Source: Candidatus Iainarchaeum sp.
GTDB lineage: Archaea > B1Sed10-29 > WALL01
Direction of reading: 5' to 3'
Assembly (NCBI GenBank): GCA_023129115.1
Contig: JAGMCR010000006.1
Coordinates: forward strand, 1-49,290
Length of the DNA stretch: 49,290 bases
Part shown: piece after piece, positions 48,045-49,290 of the stretch
Layout: the number at the start of each line of letters is the position of its first letter
Position numbering within the stretch: position 1 is the stretch's first letter
Program-made: the position numbers and the translations under genes
Notes under the pieces: model-generated
What the model saw: only the letters and a program-made list of their open reading frames with translations
Told to the model about the DNA's origin: nothing
The model's database searches: none

Positions 48045-48836
48045 ATGCGCGGGGCCCTGCTGTTTGCATTGCTTATGCTCACAGCGCTTGCGCTGCCGCA
48101 GTGGAGCGGCGAGTTCTCAATCGTGGACTCCAGTGCCACGGCCAAAGTCACAGTGTCCGGCGAAAGCCCGCTCGCCATCGACATCCCCAGCGGCGCCTCA
48201 ATCACTGGCGCGAACTATTCCAACGGCACCGCAGTGTTCAACAAATCGTTTTCCTACTCCTACTCCGCGGACTCGCTCCTCGCGGACAGCAACGGGGACA
48301 AGCTCTTCCTGTTCGTGCTCGACCAGCCCACCGAGTTCAACTACACCGTGACTGCATTCCTCCCGCCGGGGGTCTCAATCGAGTCACCCGCCCCGGACTC
48401 TTCCTACGTCACGGACGGCAGCCGCATCGGCGCGCGGTGGGCAGGCACCGCCGGCCAAGCGCAGTTCAGCCTGCGCTACCGTGGCGCCCGTGGCGCCCGT
48501 GGCCCCGTGGTCCAGTTCATCGAGACCGACATCCCAATCGTGGACAAGACGATTTTCCTGCCCGGCATCATTCTCGCCTTCCTGTTCGGCTACTTCCTGG
48601 CGGCCGGCACGGTCGCGGCGCTGTTCCAGCGCATCAGGCTCATCACCGCCGGCATGAATGAGGACGAGAAGTCCATTGTCTACCTGCTCCGGGACGGGCC
48701 GCTTGAGCAGTCTGCCATCCAGAAGAAACTTGATTTTTCAAAGGCCAAGCTCTCGCGCACACTGCGGGGGATGGAAGAGCGCAACATCCTTAAAAAGACT
48801 CCAAAAGGGAAAACAAACGTTATTTCCCTGAATTAA
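48045..48836 (+). CDS. Membrane-anchored wHTH transcriptional regulator with extracellular domain
   Basis: Signal peptide, beta-rich domain, TM helix, then DEKSIV..QSAIQKKLDFSKAKLSRTLRGME..GKTN. Confidence 0.85.
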   Translation: MRGALLFALLMLTALALPQWSGEFSIVDSSATAKVTVSGESPLAIDIPSGASITGANYSNGTAVFNKSFSYSYSADSLLADSNGDKLFLFVLDQPTEFNYTVTAFLPPGVSIESPAPDSSYVTDGSRIGARWAGTAGQAQFSLRYRGARGARGPVVQFIETDIPIVDKTIFLPGIILAFLFGYFLAAGTVAALFQRIRLITAGMNEDEKSIVYLLRDGPLEQSAIQKKLDFSKAKLSRTLRGMEERNILKKTPKGKTNVISLN

Positions 48837-48849
48837 GCCTTTTTCTCTC

Positions 48850-48956
48850 TTTTGGAACAATAAGGAACGTTCTGCACCATTTATCCCGGTTTCTAAGCAG
48901 CCTCGAACCGCTTGTGGAACGGTGTTCCACACTGTTCCAAAATATTAATATATAAA
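48850..48956 (+). promoter_or_regulatory. GGAAC/GTTCC box cluster followed by a TATA box
   Basis: GGAAC at 48854 and 48864; TGTGGAAC-GGT-GTTCCACA (48913-48931); GTTCCA at 48924 and 48934; AATATATAAA at 48947-48956. Confidence 0.55.
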
Positions 48957-48974
48957 CACCCGGCCTCAACCCTA

Positions 48975-49290
48975 GTGCCATGATTGGAGGGGGGCATATC
49001 CTCCATTAGGGGTTATTTAGGTAAAGCCTCCATCGCCCCCCGCCTTTCACTTTTTCAGCTGAAACTCAGCTCAACCGAACAACAACAGAACATCCTCTGG
49101 GATGTCCGGTATGGCACGTTCGACTAAAGCGGAGCCTGAAGGCTCCGCAAATAGGCATGTTTTCTTCGCCAATCGCCAAACAGCGTTTTGTCGCTTTCAG
49201 CTTAAACTAAGCCCAAACGAGAATGCCCCGGCGTTTTCCGTTGGGAAATTCGCCAGGTGCCCCGACAATCCTTTGGGATTTGCCAGGTGC
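48975..49290 (+). ncRNA. Candidate structured non-coding RNA or repeat region (runs to window end)
   Basis: No long ORF; pilin-leader complement at 49000-49025; hairpins at 49090-49105, 49129-49148, 49234-49247 and 49267-49280; repeated units with compensatory changes. Confidence 0.45.

Noticed and set aside
48850-48942. Replication origin (ORB boxes)
   Set aside because: Boxes lack the full TCCA..GAAAC plus G-string ORB consensus, and no cdc6/orc1 gene is visible.
49053-49126. TnpB N-terminal remnant (FQLKLSSTEQQQNILWD)
   Set aside because: Only a loose resemblance over about 17 residues, with no start codon and no continuation.
49053-49290. CRISPR array
   Set aside because: Repeats are degenerate, irregularly spaced and lack unique spacers of uniform length; no cas genes in the window.

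Overview
This is an archaeal window, GC-rich overall, with a gene repertoire (AglB, class III-signal pilins, class I HMG-CoA reductase, geranylgeranyl reductase, TrmB/Lrp regulators) and protein style that suggest a DPANN-like lineage; the taxonomy is inferred. 1-18.9 kb: housekeeping genes (dapF, dapL, a geranylgeranyl reductase interrupted by a 532-aa LAGLIDADG intein, PGM/PMM, GT4, argF, NDP-sugar synthase, ahcY, PfkB kinase, 5-formyl-THF cyclo-ligase) and two large paralogous surface proteins. 18.9-41.7 kb: a ~23-kb sulfur and glycan cluster containing cysN/cysD, three AlkP-superfamily enzymes, a small RHH protein, thioredoxin, SqdB/Agl3 with a Cys-rich extension, methyltransferases, a flippase, an Alg14/13-like GT, a 3-dehydrogenase/ATP-grasp/HAD/aminotransferase operon, comA/comB, aglH and aglB. 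41.7-49.3 kb: three pilins, a 1228-aa coiled-coil protein, hmgA, a membrane HTH regulator and a structured non-coding tail. The strongest novelty candidates are (i) a sulfonate/sulfate glycan-tailoring system with no CysH/CysC in the window and a shared C-terminal LxxL(G/D)Y motif, (ii) possible sulfolactyl-amino-sugar synthesis (ComAB plus ATP-grasp), and (iii) non-coding elements that carry copies of gene 5' ends together with a shared covarying hairpin, including a putative sRNA antisense to the pilin ribosome-binding site. No rRNA, tRNA, CRISPR array or transposase was recognised. All calls come from motif reading without database searches.
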